Source: an uncultured delta proteobacterium
Lineage (GTDB): Bacteria > Desulfobacterota > WTBG01 > CAIYCZ01
Reading direction: 5' to 3'
DNA: 64,000 bases
Assembly (NCBI GenBank): GCA_963803975.1
Contig: CAWDOY010000009.1
Span: 32,001-96,000 of the forward strand
The translations under genes and the position numbers were made by a program. The notes beneath the pieces were generated by a model. It was not told where the DNA came from. It did not search any database and saw only the letters and a list, made by a program, of their open reading frames with translations. The first letter of the stretch is position 1; every line of letters begins with the position of its first letter. Below, in pieces: positions 62,391 to 64,000 of this stretch.

Positions 62391-64000
62391 ATGCTCAAAG
62401 AAAGCGTTAACCTCTATATTCGTCTGTTTCAGTTTGTAAAACCTCACTGGCGCATGCTGCTGCTGGCAGGGATCTGCATGCTGCCCCTGGCCCTGTCATC
62501 AGCAGGCCTTGCCTACCTGGTAAAGCCGGCACTCGATGATATCTTTTTTAAAAAAAACCTCACCATGCTGCGCATGGTACCGCTGGCGATCATAATCCTT
62601 TACGCCATCAGGGGCGTTTTTGATTACAGCCATGCCTATTTTATGGGCTTTGTCGGCAACCGCATTATCGCAGATATCCGGGAGAAGGTGTACGTTCACC
62701 TGCAGAGCCTGTCGCTTTCGTTCTTTGCCAAAAATCCCACCGGCGTGCTGATGGCGCGCATTACCAACGATGTCAACATCCTCCAGGCATCTATTTCCAA
62801 TGTCATTATCAGCTTCTTTAAAGATCTGTTCACCATCGCCGGCCTGGTGGGCGTGCTCTTTTACCAGGACTGGAAGCTTGCCTGCATTGCATTCCTCATT
62901 ATGCCCTGGGTCCTCATCCCGATTCAGCGCTTTGGCAAAAAGAGCAGACGGTTCAGTACCCGCGGCCAGGAAAAGGTCGGCAAAATTGCCACGCTGCTGC
63001 ATGAAGCCATCACCGGGTGCCGCATCGTGAAAGCATTCGGCATGGAAGACTACGAGGCGCAGCGCTTTTCTGAGGAAAATTTCCGGCTCTTCAGAATCCG
63101 CCTCAAACGGCTGCGCATCAGGGCCCTCTCCTCCCCGCTCATGGAGCTCATCGGCGGCATTGCCGGTGCTGCGGTCGTATTTTACGGCGGCTACAGCGTG
63201 ATCAAGGGAACGTCAACGCCGGGCACATTTTTCTCCTTTGTGACCGCGCTGCTGCTGCTCTATGACCCGGTGAGAAATTTAAGCACGTCCTACCAGGACA
63301 TCCAGGAGGGGCTGGCAGGTGCGGTGAGGGTTTTTCAGGTGCTTGACAGCGTGCCGGAGATACAAGACAAGGAAGGCGCGCTGGCACTGCCCCCGGTACA
63401 AGGCGCAGTCAGCTTTCGCAGCGTCAGCTTTGGGTATGACCAGCATCTGGTGCTGCATGACATCGGGCTTGAGGTACGGCCGGGAGAAATTATCGCCATC
63501 GTCGGCACGACCGGCGCGGGAAAAACCACCCTGGTAAACCTCATCCCGCGCTTCTATGATGTTACCCGTGGCGCCATTGTCATAGACGGCTTTGATATAC
63601 GAGATATTACCATGCGCTCGCTCCGGTCGCAGATTGCCCTGGTCAGCCAGCAGACCATCCTGTTTAACGACACCGTGCGCAGCAACATCGCCTACGGTAA
63701 CACTGCTCCGCCGGAGGATAAAATTATTGAAGCTGCCCGCGCTGCCCATGCCAGCGACTTTATTGGCGAGCTTCCCGAAGGATATGACACCATTATCGGG
63801 GAGGCGGGGGTGAAGCTCTCCGGCGGCCAGCGCCAGCGCATGGCTATTGCCCGGGCGCTGTTTAAGAATGCCCCCATCCTGATACTTGATGAGGCGACCT
63901 CCGCGCTTGACAGCAAGTCCGAGGAGGAGGTGCAGCTGGCGCTGGAAAACCTCATGAAAAACCGCACCACCTTCATTGTTGCCCATCGCCTGTCCACCAT
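62391..64000 (+). CDS. msbA: Lipid A flippase ABC transporter (runs off the window end; absent from the ORF track)
   Basis: Manual translation MLKESVNLYIRLFQFVKPHW...; GTTGAGKTT, LSGGQRQR, LDEATSALD, AHRLST. Confidence 0.93.
   Translation, partial: MLKESVNLYIRLFQFVKPHWRMLLLAGICMLPLALSSAGLAYLVKPALDDIFFKKNLTMLRMVPLAIIILYAIRGVFDYSHAYFMGFVGNRIIADIREKVYVHLQSLSLSFFAKNPTGVLMARITNDVNILQASISNVIISFFKDLFTIAGLVGVLFYQDWKLACIAFLIMPWVLIPIQRFGKKSRRFSTRGQEKVGKIATLLHEAITGCRIVKAFGMEDYEAQRFSEENFRLFRIRLKRLRIRALSSPLMELIGGIAGAAVVFYGGYSVIKGTSTPGTFFSFVTALLLLYDPVRNLSTSYQDIQEGLAGAVRVFQVLDSVPEIQDKEGALALPPVQGAVSFRSVSFGYDQHLVLHDIGLEVRPGEIIAIVGTTGAGKTTLVNLIPRFYDVTRGAIVIDGFDIRDITMRSLRSQIALVSQQTILFNDTVRSNIAYGNTAPPEDKIIEAARAAHASDFIGELPEGYDTIIGEAGVKLSGGQRQRMAIARALFKNAPILILDEATSALDSKSEEEVQLALENLMKNRTTFIVAHRLST

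Noticed and set aside
4165..63986. Long antisense/overlapping ORFs (e.g. 4165-4839, 21287-22318, 51454-52215, 57685-58509, 63279-63986)
   Set aside because: They are shadows of well-supported genes on the opposite strand in GC-rich DNA, with no recognisable motifs.

Overview
Bacterial chromosomal segment. The lysS-lolE-lolD-bamA-skp-lpxD-fabZ-lpxA-Gfo/Idh/MocA-lpxB-msbA order and the gene content suggest an anaerobic deltaproteobacterium (Desulfobacterota-like), probably a metagenome assembly. Single-base indels split many genes, including essential bamA and lpxB, so most frameshifts look like sequencing errors. Layout: (1) 0.3-18 kb is an accessory region of secreted proteins. It includes a RAYT/Y1 HUH transposase bounded by inverted repeats and a signal-peptide-bearing Rhs/YD gene whose tip carries a phospholipase A2 motif. 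(2) 18-37 kb is a tungsten-type aldehyde:ferredoxin oxidoreductase (AOR/WOR) neighbourhood: AOR, two 4Fe-4S proteins, a flavoprotein, a MoaD-like ubiquitin-fold protein, a MoeB/E1, a JAB peptidase, an AAA+/VWA pair and a cytoplasmic parvulin. Two copies of a variant Moco/Wco-like riboswitch with terminators lead its operons, and a 5-kb block of unrelated genes interrupts it. (3) 37-41 kb is batC/D/E with a four-helix-bundle gene inserted between inverted 7-8-mer arrays; gene-less arrays of the same kind recur in other intergenic gaps. (4) 42-50 kb holds a cobalamin riboswitch with a decayed radical-SAM/cbiQO region, secreted hydrolases and toxin-antitoxin genes. (5) 50.8-64 kb is the core lysS/Lol/Bam/lipid A operon. 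No rRNA, tRNA or CRISPR array was recognised.
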